Source: Bacillota bacterium
GTDB taxonomy: Bacteria; Bacillota; Clostridia; Christensenellales; SZUA-584
Length of the DNA stretch: 64,000 nucleotides
Direction of reading: 5' to 3'
Assembly (NCBI GenBank): GCA_023410475.1
Contig: JAEYPS010000029.1
Location: 24,849-88,848, forward strand
In this document: positions 62,889-64,000 of the stretch, piece after piece
Layout of the letters: the number at the start of each line of letters is the position of its first letter
Numbering within the stretch: the first letter of the stretch is position 1
The notes under the pieces: generated by a model
What the model saw: the letters and a program-made list of their open reading frames with translations, nothing else
Told to the model about the DNA's origin: nothing
Database searches by the model: none
Position numbers and translations under genes: made by a program

Positions 62889-63431
62889 TTATTGCTCCAT
62901 TTGCCTTCCTAGGAACGCCGCCGCCGCTTCCGCGGCCTTCTGCTCGGCGTCGCCTATCACGGAGCCGTTACGCGACACGACCGCTATCGCGCCTATGGGC
63001 TGGCCGTCCATAGAGATGGGCGCTATCACCTGAGAGGTGGTCAGGCTCTGGTCTTCTCCGCTGACAAGCGGTATCGTTCCGCTGCCTTCCTTTTTCGTTA
63101 CAGACCTTAGATTCATGCTGTCCTCAAGAGCGCTGCTTACCGGGCGTTCGAAATAGTCGCGCTTATGCTCGCCGCCCGCCGCGAGCACCGTGTCTCTGTC
63201 GCAGATGATTGTCGTCAGGCCAAGGGTGGTGGAAAGCGCTTCAGCGAAATCAAGCGCGAACGCTGCAAGCTCGCCGATGGGGGAATACTTTTTGAGTATT
63301 ATCCCGCCCTCCCTGTCCGTATATATCTCCAGCGGGTCGCCTTCGCGAATTCTCAGCGTCCGCCGTATTTCCTTTGGTATGACAATTCTGCCAAGCTCGT
63401 CGATTCTTCTAACTATACCTGTTGCTTTCAT
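62889..63431 (-). CDS. spoVT: stage V sporulation protein T (AbrB-type N-domain + GAF-like C-domain)
   Basis: 180 aa, MKATGIVRRIDELGRIVIPKEIRRTLRIREGDPLEI. Confidence 0.9.
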   Translation of the reverse strand: MKATGIVRRIDELGRIVIPKEIRRTLRIREGDPLEIYTDREGGIILKKYSPIGELAAFALDFAEALSTTLGLTTIICDRDTVLAAGGEHKRDYFERPVSSALEDSMNLRSVTKKEGSGTIPLVSGEDQSLTTSQVIAPISMDGQPIGAIAVVSRNGSVIGDAEQKAAEAAAAFLGRQMEQ

Positions 63432-63904
63432 ATTTTGTCCTCCTTAAAAACTATGCTGTTTTGTTGTTATTGTTTGTTAGAGCGGTCAAATTATGCGCGG
63501 GTTGCAAAAATGAAAAACCGTGCCTCACTGGGCTGGCACATTTGATTTCTTTGTAGTTTCAACAGCATCATACTTTACTGTTTTTTTGAATAATAACGAA
63601 TAATTACGATAGGTTTATATTTCGGCGTTTTACCCTCCTTAGGGCCACATCATTCTAATACGCAGCCGTCAGCTCCTTTCCATTAAATTAACGCAATAAG
63701 ACAACATTAAGTATAATGTGACAGAAAACCAAAAACTACAGGTAAATAAAACCTTAATATGATAATGGATGGTGTCAATTGTATGTATATACATCAGCAA
63801 TAAGAAAAGGCAGAAAGACGTTTCCTTCTGCTCGGTAGTATTACAGGAGGTTTATACGAGAGTCACTTTTGTTTTTAGCTCCAGGATTATAGGATATCCC
63901 AGTA

Positions 63905-64000
63905 CTAAACATGTTCGGATTTTAAATAGAACGATCTGTCGTCGAGGGCTCTCATAGTCGCAAGTATGCCATTGAGATGGTCGTACTCGTGCTGTATCAG
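63905..64000 (-). CDS. def: peptide deformylase, C-terminal 31 codons (gene continues beyond window)
   Basis: Reverse-strand translation from the window edge: LIQHEYDHLNGIL...SEHV-stop. QHEYDHLNG is the HExxH metal-binding motif 3 of Def. Confidence 0.8.
   Translation of the reverse strand: MIQHEYDHLNGILATMRALDDRSFYLKSEHV

Noticed and set aside
63432-63515. Tried to assign a sigma-G/sigma-F type forespore promoter upstream of spoVT (GCATAA...CAATAAC).
   Set aside because: Spacing and the -10 match are too poor to support by eye, so it is not reported as a feature.
63769-63957. 62-aa plus-strand ORF at the right edge.
   Set aside because: It overlaps the def 3' end and its terminator on the opposite strand, with no RBS.

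Overview
This 64-kb segment reads like core chromosome of a spore-forming, anaerobic Firmicute. The class Clostridia, with an Oscillospiraceae/Ruminococcaceae-like gene set, is inference only. I support about 64 protein genes and 2 tRNAs. I found no rRNA, CRISPR array, transposase, integrase or phage structural gene.

Core content:
- adhE and a single-chain pyruvate:ferredoxin oxidoreductase
- mreB, maf and the complete rnfCDGEAB operon
- rpsO-pnp, and yerC-like-pcrA-ligA
- the ytfI/ytfJ(gerW)-like sporulation pair
- murC, purR, hflKC, trxB, glmM-glmS and cinA
- aconitase, spoVT and the 3' end of def

Several starts were moved downstream of the ORF-track starts, using Shine-Dalgarno spacing and overlaps with neighbouring genes.

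I did not find a clear multi-gene novel system such as a defence island. The observations most worth a second look are:
1. An uncharacterised operon at 34.7-36.9 kb. It translationally couples a fused double DUF1538-type membrane protein to a fused double PII-like protein.
2. A gene of about 320 codons interrupted by a single in-frame TAG at 53.86 kb.
3. An att-like scar next to tRNA-Pro: a 16-nt copy of the tRNA 3' end plus two 64-bp direct repeats.
4. A visibly AT-rich islet with two paralogous lipoproteins and a promoter-to-terminator unit of about 90 nt carrying a CCUCC motif (candidate sRNA).
5. Aconitase translationally coupled to a split ChrA-family transporter pair.
6. An amicyanin-like cupredoxin lipoprotein in an otherwise anaerobic context.

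All functional calls come from motif recognition by eye. No database search was run.
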